Origin: an uncultured Woeseiaceae bacterium
Lineage (GTDB): Bacteria > Pseudomonadota > Gammaproteobacteria > Steroidobacterales > Woeseiaceae
DNA: 64,000 nucleotides
Assembly: GCA_964602525.1 (NCBI GenBank)
Contig: CAZRSA010000001.1
Coordinates: 20,024 to 84,023, forward strand
Direction of reading: 5' to 3'
The position numbers were made by a program, and so were the translations under genes. The notes under the pieces are model-generated. The model saw only the letters and a list, made by a program, of their open reading frames with translations, did not search any database and was not told where the DNA came from. Shown one piece after another: positions 32,378 to 39,701 of the stretch. Position 1 is the first letter of the stretch; each line of letters opens with the position of its first letter.

Positions 32378-33526
32378 CTAGGCGCCGTCTTCGGTGGCAG
32401 GACGCAGCTCCTGCACCTCCAGCGGCGTGCCGGGAGCGGCCTTCTGGATACCTTCTACCACGACGCGATCACCGCGCTCGAGTCCCCGCTCGATCACCCA
32501 CAGTCCGCCCTGCCTGGGTCCCGTCTCCACGGGCCGCTGCTCGGCTCGTCCGTCGGCGCCGACCACGGTGACGAAATAGCGGCCGAGGAGTTGCACCACG
32601 GCCCTGTCCGGGACCGTAATCGCCGCCTCCAGCTCGTCCACCTGCACACGGATGCGCGCGAACAGCCCGGGTATGAGACGGTGATCCGGGTTCGGAAACT
32701 CGCCTCGCAGCCGGTAGGTCCCCGTACCGGCATCCAGCGCGCGGTCGGTAAAATTGATGACGCCCGTGTGCTCGTAAGTGCTGCCGTCGCTGAAGATGAG
32801 CTGCACCCGCGGCGCCACGCGGCCGGCGCCGGCCTCGCCGGCGTCCCGACGGCGGATGAACTCGAGCAGTTCGTTCTCGCTGAGGCTGAAATAGACCCAT
32901 GCCGGATCGTCCTCGGAGAGCTCCGCCAGGGCGGTCGTGCCAGCGGTGATGAGATCGCCGACGGCTACCTGCGCGGCTCCGATGCGCCCGCCGAGGGGAG
33001 CTCTTATGCTCGCGTATTCGACCCCGAGTGCCGCCTGTTCGACCAGCGCCTCATTGCCCTCCACTTCGGCCCTCGCGGCCTCCAGCGCCGCCACGGCGTT
33101 ATCGTAGGTCTGTCTGGCGATGGCGTTCTCGGCGAGCAGTGCCTCGTAGCGATCCACGTCCTCCTGCGCGCGGGCGAGATTGGCCCGCGCGGCGCCCAGT
33201 GCGGCCTCGGCGCCGCTCAGGCGTGCCTTCAGATCCCGGGAATCGATGGTGAAAAGAAGTTGACCCTCCTTCACCAGTGCGCCATCACGGAAATGCTTCT
33301 CCAGCAGTACGCCGCCGACCCGGGAACGCACGACCACGTCACGGGAGCCGGAGACCTCGCCGACGTATTCCCGGAACAGCTGCAACGGAGCCGGCTCGAC
33401 GCGCATGGCCTTTACCCCCACCGCCGGGGGCGGCGGCGGTTCGGGTGGCGGGGAGCAGCCGGTGAGAAGGAGAAGCCCGAGCAGCCAAACGGCGATCCGG
33501 GCGCGCGGGGCAGCAACCCTGCTCAT
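32378..33526 (-). CDS. RND efflux periplasmic adaptor lipoprotein (AcrA/MexA-like)
   Basis: Lipobox LLLLTGC, alpha-hairpin (LSGAEAALGAARANLARAQEDVDRYEAL) and IRAPLGGRIG lipoyl-domain motif. Confidence 0.9.
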   Translation of the reverse strand: MSRVAAPRARIAVWLLGLLLLTGCSPPPEPPPPPAVGVKAMRVEPAPLQLFREYVGEVSGSRDVVVRSRVGGVLLEKHFRDGALVKEGQLLFTIDSRDLKARLSGAEAALGAARANLARAQEDVDRYEALLAENAIARQTYDNAVAALEAARAEVEGNEALVEQAALGVEYASIRAPLGGRIGAAQVAVGDLITAGTTALAELSEDDPAWVYFSLSENELLEFIRRRDAGEAGAGRVAPRVQLIFSDGSTYEHTGVINFTDRALDAGTGTYRLRGEFPNPDHRLIPGLFARIRVQVDELEAAITVPDRAVVQLLGRYFVTVVGADGRAEQRPVETGPRQGGLWVIERGLERGDRVVVEGIQKAAPGTPLEVQELRPATEDGA

Positions 33527-33701
33527 GTCGGGGCTCCTCAGGTGTTATCGAGGCTCGCGGACGCGGCGGCAGGAGACTGCAGGCGACCTCTCGTTTTCTA
33601 GACCGCCTGCATTCTAGCGGGTGATGTACCGGCCGGAAAGGGCCGTGGCCGGTCGGCGATGATTACTCTAATATGCCGGGCGGAAGCAAGAGAGGCAGCC
33701 G

Positions 33702-34880
33702 ATGTCACTGAAGACGGCAATCGTCTCGCGCCTGACCGGAGTCTATCTCGGGGAGGCGCGCCTGCGGGGGGGCCGGAACAGGGCGGAGCAACGCCGGCGC
33801 AAGGCAGGCCGGCCCCACGTCGTCGAGTACTTCCACCAGCCGGACGACCCCTATTCACGCCTGCTGGCGAAGGCGTTACCCGCTTTCCTCCAGCGCTACG
33901 ATGTGGACCTTAGGGTCTGGCTAGTCGGCCCGCCGCCCGACTGGGCGGCACCGGAGCGTGAGCGGCTGGTCGAGTGGTCCCGCGTGGATGCGGCCCGCCT
34001 CGCGGTCCGCGCCGGGCTGGATCCGGATGCGCAAGACCCGGCGGTGCTGGAACTGATCGCCGACGCGCGCACCGGCGGCGACGCGCGGCGCGAACAACTC
34101 GGCCACTATCTCGGCGCGATGCTGCACTACGAAAGCGAATGGTACTGGGGCCTGGACAGGCTGCACTACCTCGAGTCGCGGCTCGCCGCCCTCGGAGCGC
34201 GCCGCGCGGCCGCGCCGGCTGAACCGCTGTTCGCGCCGCCGGCCGTGCCCTCTCTCGCGGCAGCCCCGCCCGCCCCCGGCCAACCGCCGGATATCCACTG
34301 GTTCCTGTCGTTCCGCAGCCCGTATAGCTACATCGCGTCAGAACGCGTCAGGGCCCTCGCCGACGCCTGCGGCGCCCGGCTGCAGCTGCGTCACGTGCTG
34401 CCGATGCGCATGCGCGGACTGCCGGTGCCGAAGATGAAGAGCCGCTACATCGTCACCGACGTCGCCCGGGAGGCCCGGCGCCTGGGTGTATCGTTCGGCC
34501 GCATTGCAGACCCCCTGGGCGAACCGGTGGAGCGCGGTTACTCCCTGCTGCCCTGGGCCATCGGCGAGGGGCGCGGCTACGAGTACTGCCACGCCTTCAT
34601 GCGCGGCGTTTGGTCCCGCGGCATCGACGCGGGCAGCGACCGGGGCCTCGCGCGGATCGTCGCGGACGCCGGCCTGGACTGGCAGACGGCGCACCGGCAC
34701 CTCGGCAGCGACGACTGGCGCACGAGCGCCGAGGCCAACCGGGAGGAGTTGCTCGGGCTCGGTCTGTGGGGCGTGCCCGGCTTCCGCGCGGGCGATGCCG
34801 CCGTCTGGGGCCAGGACCGCCTGTGGGCCGTGGAGGACGAAGTGCTGCGGCAGTCGAACGACCGCACTCCGGCAGTCTGA
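33702..34880 (+). CDS. DsbA-like thioredoxin-fold protein, 2-hydroxychromene-2-carboxylate isomerase family (two tandem domains)
   Basis: Two DSBA-like halves. The second has FLSFRSPYSYIASERV ... GLWGVPGFRAGDAAVWGQDRLW, typical of HCCA isomerase/DsbA family proteins. Confidence 0.65.
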   Translation: MSLKTAIVSRLTGVYLGEARLRGGRNRAEQRRRKAGRPHVVEYFHQPDDPYSRLLAKALPAFLQRYDVDLRVWLVGPPPDWAAPERERLVEWSRVDAARLAVRAGLDPDAQDPAVLELIADARTGGDARREQLGHYLGAMLHYESEWYWGLDRLHYLESRLAALGARRAAAPAEPLFAPPAVPSLAAAPPAPGQPPDIHWFLSFRSPYSYIASERVRALADACGARLQLRHVLPMRMRGLPVPKMKSRYIVTDVAREARRLGVSFGRIADPLGEPVERGYSLLPWAIGEGRGYEYCHAFMRGVWSRGIDAGSDRGLARIVADAGLDWQTAHRHLGSDDWRTSAEANREELLGLGLWGVPGFRAGDAAVWGQDRLWAVEDEVLRQSNDRTPAV

Positions 34881-34987
34881 CGAGTCCCGGTTATGTCGAA
34901 CGGGCGTGGCTCCTGCGCTTCGCTGTCAACCCGGAGCGACCCGGAGCGTTGGATTCCCTCCTGCCAACCACTCGAGGGAGACTCACG

Positions 34988-35419
34988 ATGAAAGGACGCA
35001 CGACGACACACGCAACGATGGCCGCAACCCTGGCTGCGGCCGCCCTGACCGCGGCGACGCTGCTTGCGGCCGGGCCCGCCCTCGCCGATCCGGGCGACCG
35101 GGTGGACGACCGGCTCGATCGCAAGGGTGACCGCATCGAAGAACGGCTCGACCGTAAGGGCGACCGCATCGACAGACGGCTCGACAACCGGGGCGACCGG
35201 TCGGACCGGCGGCTGGACCGCGCATCGGAGCGCGCGGAGGCCAACGGACGCGAAGGCGCGGCCCGCCACCTCGACCGCAAGGGTGACCGGGTCGAGCGAC
35301 GGTTCGACCGCAAGGGCGACCGGGTCGACCGGCGGCTGGACCGTAATGGCGACCGCATCGACCGGGGCCTGGACCGCAAGGGCGACCGGCTGGAGCGGCG
35401 GTCGGACCGGCGCAGCTAG
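34988..35419 (+). CDS. secreted highly charged repeat protein (8-9 copies of an 11-residue DRKGDRxxRRL unit)
   Basis: GAGGGAG SD 7 nt upstream of the ATG. Signal peptide MKGRTTTHATMAATLAAAALTAATLLAAGPALA/DPG. G/C third positions are maintained through the repeats. Confidence 0.6.
   Translation: MKGRTTTHATMAATLAAAALTAATLLAAGPALADPGDRVDDRLDRKGDRIEERLDRKGDRIDRRLDNRGDRSDRRLDRASERAEANGREGAARHLDRKGDRVERRFDRKGDRVDRRLDRNGDRIDRGLDRKGDRLERRSDRRS
35096..35416 (+). repeat. in-frame 33-bp tandem repeats (two blocks separated by a 19-codon spacer)
   Basis: DRVDDRLDRKG DRIEERLDRKG DRIDRRLDNRG DRSDRRLDRAS ... DRVERRFDRKG DRVDRRLDRNG DRIDRGLDRKG DRLERRSDRRS. Confidence 0.8.
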
Positions 35420-35446
35420 ATCGAGCGCTCGCGCTCGGTATCCAGC

Positions 35447-35469
35447 GAGAGGGCCATTGCGGCCCTCTT
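35447..35469. terminator. hairpin between convergent genes (bidirectional terminator candidate)
   Basis: GAGAGGGCC-attgc-GGCCCTCTT abuts the MFS stop codon. A second palindrome, CGAGCGCtcGCGCTCG, lies at 35422-35438. Confidence 0.45.
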
Positions 35470-36744
35470 CTACCGGTCTCTGGCGGATTCCGTACCGTAT
35501 CTGAACGGCTCGCCTTCCGCGTCCTGCAGCTGCTGGTCGTAGGCCGCCTGCAGGCCGGTGTCCTGCTCCTCGGCGTCGTCGTCCGGCTCGGGCTCGATGT
35601 GGCCCGGGTAGAACGGCGACAGGATGGCCACGGTTATACCGATTGCCGCCAGCACGGCAAACGCATCGGCATAGCCGATATCGGCCACCAGCGCGCCGAC
35701 CACGGGTGAGCCGGACGCCTGCCCGAGTGCGACTGCGATGAACGGCAGCACCGGCCCCATGGCCAGGCGACCCGGCAACACGCGGATGCCGGTCATCAGG
35801 TACAGGCCCGTCAGACTCATGTAGGCCAGGCCGAAGACCAGCGCCGAGAACGTCGCGAGCAGCACGCTACCGGGACTGGCGGCGAGCAGCGCGAGGCTCG
35901 CCGACAGCATCATCAGCATCAATGCGTGGGTGATCGGGGGATTGTTGCGGTCTGCCAGATCGGCGACCGCCGCGCCGCCCAGGCCCGCTATGCCGACCGC
36001 GAGCCACAGCCATCCGGCTGCGCCGGGCGGCAGCGCGCCGAGGGTGACCACCAGGTCGGGCGCGAAGATCCAGTACGCCGACGCGATGAATCCCATGACG
36101 AATGCGAACACGGAGAGCTCGAACAGGCGTGACCACTGCAGCTTGCTGATGGGGGGAGGCGGTGCCGCGTTGGACGGCACGATGGGCGACGCCGCAGGGA
36201 TGAAGCGCCATGCGGCCACGACGCCTGCGGCGGCGAGGACGGCGAAGGAGGCGTAGGCAAAACGCCACGCCCCGGCCATGAACAGCACCGCCGGCACGGC
36301 CACCGCCACGCCCACACTGGTCCCGGCGTTCATGACCGCGCTGACGCGCCCGTGCTGCCTGCGCCTGACCACTGCCCGCATGGCAGCGGTGAGCGCCGGC
36401 ATCATCAGCCCGGTGCAGATACCGCAGGCGAACACACCGCCGCCGAGCGAGACCGGCCCGGACGCCAGGCTGATCAGCGTCAGCCCGCCGACGCCGAAAA
36501 GGCCCGACAGCACCGCGGTATGGCGGGCCCCCAGACGGTTGGCGATGAAAGGCGCGGCGAGCGTGGCCAGCAGGAAGCTGATCAGCGGCAGCGCACCGAT
36601 GATGCCGATCATATAGGGCGTGAGCGACAGTTCGGCGCGGATCGGAGGAACGAACAGCCCGAAAGCGAAGCGCGCCAGGCCGTAGCTGATCGCGACCAGC
36701 GCCGCGCCCAGAAGCGCGAACGCGGTACTCGATCGCGGACTCAC
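35470..36744 (-). CDS. MFS transporter
   Basis: 424 aa, about 12 hydrophobic segments, GTG start. Acidic cytoplasmic C-terminal tail. Substrate not inferable. Confidence 0.8.
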   Translation of the reverse strand: MSPRSSTAFALLGAALVAISYGLARFAFGLFVPPIRAELSLTPYMIGIIGALPLISFLLATLAAPFIANRLGARHTAVLSGLFGVGGLTLISLASGPVSLGGGVFACGICTGLMMPALTAAMRAVVRRRQHGRVSAVMNAGTSVGVAVAVPAVLFMAGAWRFAYASFAVLAAAGVVAAWRFIPAASPIVPSNAAPPPPISKLQWSRLFELSVFAFVMGFIASAYWIFAPDLVVTLGALPPGAAGWLWLAVGIAGLGGAAVADLADRNNPPITHALMLMMLSASLALLAASPGSVLLATFSALVFGLAYMSLTGLYLMTGIRVLPGRLAMGPVLPFIAVALGQASGSPVVGALVADIGYADAFAVLAAIGITVAILSPFYPGHIEPEPDDDAEEQDTGLQAAYDQQLQDAEGEPFRYGTESARDR

Positions 36745-36914
36745 CCCACCCCCGTGGGGCTGGCGGCGAGGACTCCCGTCGGCTCCGGTTGACGGCGCAG
36801 CTCGTTCCGTGCGCGCTTGTTCGGGGTCTCCATAGCCGGCACGACCTCATCGGCGGGGTCGGGTGCCACGATAACAGAGTCCGCGTTTCCGGATTGGGGG
36901 AGCGATCAACACAA

Positions 36915-36936
36915 CGGAGAGGGAGGGATTGATTCG
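36915..36936 (-). repeat. direct duplicate of the tRNA-Ser 3' end (att-like scar)
   Basis: CGGAGAGGGAGGGATT at 36915-36930 is identical to 37099-37114 (tRNA acceptor/T-stem 3' side, CCA excluded). It is followed by a gatt insertion and then cg, continuing the match. Confidence 0.6.
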
Positions 36937-37057
36937 CCTGCCGCGCAGGCTCACCCTGCGGGCGGCTCGCTGTGCTCGCCGTCTGTCGGCCGGCTGCGCC
37001 GGCCTCGGGTCGAACCCGATTGCCCGATATCGAGGGTTCGAACCCCGTCTGATCAAA

Positions 37058-37094
37058 CATCAAAAAAAGGGCCTCGAAGGCCCTTTTCTTGATG
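37058..37094. terminator. intrinsic terminator hairpin immediately 3' of tRNA-Ser (bidirectional A/T-flanked)
   Basis: CATCAAAAAAAGGGCC-tcgaa-GGCCCTTTTCTTGATG, 16-bp stem with one mismatch. Confidence 0.65.
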
Positions 37095-37095
37095 T

Positions 37096-37186
37096 TGGCG
37101 GAGAGGGAGGGATTCGAACCCTCGATAGGGGGTTACCCTATACATGAATTCCAATCATGCGCCTTCGACCACTCGGCCACCTCTCC
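37096..37186 (-). tRNA. tRNA-Ser (anticodon GGA)
   Basis: The reverse strand reads GGAGAGGTGGCCGAGTGGTCGAAGGCGCATGATTGGAATTCATGTATAGGGTAACCCCCTATCGAGGGTTCGAATCCCTCCCTCTCCGCCA. It has a 7-bp acceptor, anticodon stem CATGA/TCATG with loop TTGGAAT, a long variable arm, a GTTCGAATC T-loop and an encoded CCA. Confidence 0.92.
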
Positions 37187-37243
37187 GAATTTCTCGTGCC
37201 GCGTCGAAGCGGGCGCGCAGATTACTCCAGCGCTCCCGCCAGT

Positions 37244-37528
37244 TCAATCTTCCTCTTCGTCGCCACGGACCTCGGCCATGCGGCGGGAGAACGGGGGTGG
37301 CTCCTCCAGGCAGCGGCCCTCCGCGGCGCCCGGCGGGGTCGAGGCCACCGGCACCTCCAGGTCCCGGCCCTCGTCCAGACCGCTCATGCCGGCAGGCACC
37401 CGCACCGGCTCCGTGAGCCGGCTCTCCTGGTACGGCTTGGCCTCCGTGCAGCTGCCGCCGCCGAGCCCGAAACCGAAGCAGCCGCTCAGCAGCAGTGCAG
37501 CCGCGGGCCAGAGGAAGAGATGTCTCAT
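37244..37528 (-). CDS. small lipoprotein in the bamC position (resembles only the BamC N-terminal segment)
   Basis: ATGA overlap with the dapA stop. Lipobox LLLSGC. RLTEPVRVPAGMSGLDEG resembles E. coli BamC PLAELHAPAGMILPVTSG. 94 aa with an acidic tail. Confidence 0.5.
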   Translation of the reverse strand: MRHLFLWPAAALLLSGCFGFGLGGGSCTEAKPYQESRLTEPVRVPAGMSGLDEGRDLEVPVASTPPGAAEGRCLEEPPPFSRRMAEVRGDEEED

Positions 37529-38421
37529 GCAGGGTTCTCCGTGCTCAATACGATACCGGCGCCAGCCAGTGCCGCGTCCACGTCGCCCCGGAAGCGGGCG
37601 TCCAGCGGCGTCAGCGGCAGCCTGATGCCCTTGCCCAGGAGGCCCATACGGTGCAGGGCCCATTTCACCGGGATAGGATTCGACTCCAGGAACATGGCCT
37701 TGTTCACCGGCTGCAGACCGGCGTCGATGTCCCGCACCTTCGACGCGTCGCCCGCCGCCGCGGCCCGGCACATCTGCGCCATCAGCGCCGGAACCACGTT
37801 GGCCGTCACGGACACCACGCCGTGGCCGCCGGCGAGCAGGAATTCGGCGCTGGTGAAATCGTCACCGCTGAAGTAGCGGAAGTTCGCCGGACAGACCGCC
37901 TGCATCGCCTCCAGCCGGCGTACGTCGCCGGTGGCGTCCTTGATGCCGAAGATGCGCTCGTGGGCCGCCAGCCTGGCCACCGTCTCCGGCAGCAGGTCCG
38001 ACGCGGTCCGGCCCGGCACGTTGTAGAGCATCACCGGCTTGCTCACCGCATCCGCCACCGTGGTGAAGTGGCGGTACATGCCCTCCTGGGTAGGCTTGTT
38101 GTAATACGGGGCGACCATCAGGAAGCCGTCGATGCCCGCGCCGTCGACCGCCTGCGACAGAGCGAGGGTCTGCCGGGTGGAGTTGGAGCCGGTACCCGCC
38201 AGGATCCGGATGCGTCCGTCCGCGAGTTCCACGGCGCGGCGCACCAGTGCGGCATGCTCCTCTTTAAGCAGCGTGGCCGACTCGCCCGTGGTGCCGGCGA
38301 TCACCAGGCCGTCCGTCCCCGCCTCGCAGTGAAAGTCGATCAGGCGCGCAAGCGCCTCGTAGTCGACCTCGTCGGCATCGGTGAACGGGGTCGCGAGAGC
38401 GACCAGGCTACCCTGGATCAT
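37525..38421 (-). CDS. dapA: 4-hydroxy-tetrahydrodipicolinate synthase
   Basis: MIQGSLVALATPF..., GTTGESATL, and active-site region with IFGIKDATGD (Schiff-base Lys). Confidence 0.95.
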   Translation of the reverse strand: MIQGSLVALATPFTDADEVDYEALARLIDFHCEAGTDGLVIAGTTGESATLLKEEHAALVRRAVELADGRIRILAGTGSNSTRQTLALSQAVDGAGIDGFLMVAPYYNKPTQEGMYRHFTTVADAVSKPVMLYNVPGRTASDLLPETVARLAAHERIFGIKDATGDVRRLEAMQAVCPANFRYFSGDDFTSAEFLLAGGHGVVSVTANVVPALMAQMCRAAAAGDASKVRDIDAGLQPVNKAMFLESNPIPVKWALHRMGLLGKGIRLPLTPLDARFRGDVDAALAGAGIVLSTENPA

Positions 38422-38555
38422 GAATTACTCCGGGTGAACAAGCCGGCGATGGTACTGGCCGGGCCCGTCCTGCGGCAAGAGTCCGCGGCAAATCAATTGC
38501 TTGCACGCCGCTGCAATCACAGTACACTGCGGCCACCGGCAACCCCCGCCAGACA

Positions 38556-38561
38556 TATAAT
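38556..38561 (+). promoter_or_regulatory. consensus -10 hexamer TATAAT 13 nt upstream of the gcvR ATG
   Basis: catTATAATctgctcacaaaacATG; no SD in between. The -35 is weak. Confidence 0.3.
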
Positions 38562-38574
38562 CTGCTCACAAAAC

Positions 38575-39105
38575 ATGTCTCAACTTATTGTTATTTCAGC
38601 TATCGGTAACGACCGGACCGGCGTGGTCCAGGATCTGACCGAGACCATCCTGGAGTGCGGCGGCAACATCGTCGAGAGCCGCATGAGCACGCTGGGTCAG
38701 GAGTTCGCGATGCTGCTGCTGGTGTCGGGCAACTGGCACACGGTGAACCGGCTGGAGACCGAACTCGGCAAGCTGGAGAAACAGCACGGCATCACCGCGA
38801 CGCTGTGCCAGACCCGGGAACGGCTGGAGAAACGCGACAGCCTGCCGTACGCAGTGGACGTGGTCTGCCTCGACCAACAGGGGGTGGTTTTCAACATCGC
38901 CCGCTTCTTCTCGAGCCGGGGCATCGACATCGCCGAGCTCAGCACCCGCAGCTACGCGGCCGCCCATACCGGCGCGCCCATGTACTCGGTGCAGATGAAC
39001 GTGAGCGTGCCGGAACGCATCCACATCGCGCAGCTCCGCGAAGAGTTCATGGAAATGTGCGACCAGTACAACCTGGACGCCATACTGGAACCGGTGAAAG
39101 CCTGA
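38575..39105 (+). CDS. gcvR: glycine cleavage system transcriptional repressor (tandem ACT domains)
   Basis: IVISAIGNDRTGVVQDLTETILECGGNIVESRMSTLGQEFAMLLLVSGNW aligns with E. coli GcvR LVITALGADRPGIVNTITRHVSSCGCNIEDSRLAMLGEEFTFIMLLSGSW. Shares the dapA/gcvR/bcp synteny. Confidence 0.8.
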   Translation: MSQLIVISAIGNDRTGVVQDLTETILECGGNIVESRMSTLGQEFAMLLLVSGNWHTVNRLETELGKLEKQHGITATLCQTRERLEKRDSLPYAVDVVCLDQQGVVFNIARFFSSRGIDIAELSTRSYAAAHTGAPMYSVQMNVSVPERIHIAQLREEFMEMCDQYNLDAILEPVKA

Positions 39106-39150
39106 CGCCGGCCGCCTGCGGCGCGGCCCTGCCCAGAGGAGACCCACACG

Positions 39151-39621
39151 ATGAGCGCACCCGAGACAGGCAAGGTGGTAAAGGACTTCAAGCTGCCGGC
39201 GACCGGCGACAAGACGGTCAGGCTGAAGGACCTGCGCGGCAGCAACGTCGTGCTGTACTTCTACCCGAAGGACGCGACACCGGGCTGCACCACTGAAGGT
39301 CAGGACTTCCGCGACCTGCACGGCAGGTTCAAGCGCGCCAACACGGTGATCCTGGGCGTCTCCCGCGACTCGATCGCCTCTCACGAGAAATTTCGCGCCA
39401 AGCACGAATTTCCGTTCGACCTGCTCTCCGATGAGGACGAGACCGTCTGCCGCCAGTTCGACGTCATCAAGGAGAAGAACATGTACGGGCGCAAGGTGAT
39501 GGGGGTCGAGCGCAGCACCTTCCTGATCGACGACAAGGGCAAGCTGCGCCGGGAATGGCGCAAGGTGAAGGTGAAAGGTCATGCCGCGGAAGTGCTGGAA
39601 GCCGCGAGGGAGCTGGGCTGA
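39151..39621 (+). CDS. bcp: thioredoxin-dependent thiol peroxidase (peroxiredoxin Bcp)
   Basis: VVLYFYPKDATPGCTTEG peroxidatic Cys motif; 156 aa. Confidence 0.9.
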   Translation: MSAPETGKVVKDFKLPATGDKTVRLKDLRGSNVVLYFYPKDATPGCTTEGQDFRDLHGRFKRANTVILGVSRDSIASHEKFRAKHEFPFDLLSDEDETVCRQFDVIKEKNMYGRKVMGVERSTFLIDDKGKLRREWRKVKVKGHAAEVLEAARELG

Positions 39622-39684
39622 GGCCGCGGCGCCGGTACAGACGCCCGGCTGATGCTCCCTGGCGGTGCGAGCGGGAAGGCGGCG

Positions 39685-39690
39685 TATAAT
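39685..39690 (+). promoter_or_regulatory. consensus -10 hexamer TATAAT 11 nt upstream of the bepA-like ATG
   Basis: ggcgTATAATgggaacgcaccATG; no SD. An alternative in-frame ATG is at 39729. Confidence 0.25.
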
Positions 39691-39701
39691 GGGAACGCAC
39701 C

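Noticed and set aside
34891-35379. 162-aa - strand ORF with RSPLRSSRRST repeats
   Set aside because: It is the mirror image of the + strand 33-bp repeats. It has no SD or start context and no signal peptide. The + strand frame has an SD, a signal peptide and a terminator, so I call that one.
36940-37057. T-arm-like motifs (GGGGTTCGAACCC, CGGGTTCGACCCG) suggesting a second tRNA or a tmRNA
   Set aside because: I could not fold a cloverleaf: there is no acceptor stem pairing, no anticodon arm, and no CCA or tmRNA tag-reading-frame features. GGGTTCGAACCC is self-complementary, so it reads as a T-arm on both strands. I treat these as tRNA-derived debris (see the att finding) rather than a gene.
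37495-39105. 536-aa + strand ORF, and similarly the 495-aa ORF at 43556-45043
   Set aside because: Only the last 176 aa (gcvR) and the last 158 aa (Rrf2 regulator) are genuine. The upstream parts are antisense to dapA and mlaF respectively.
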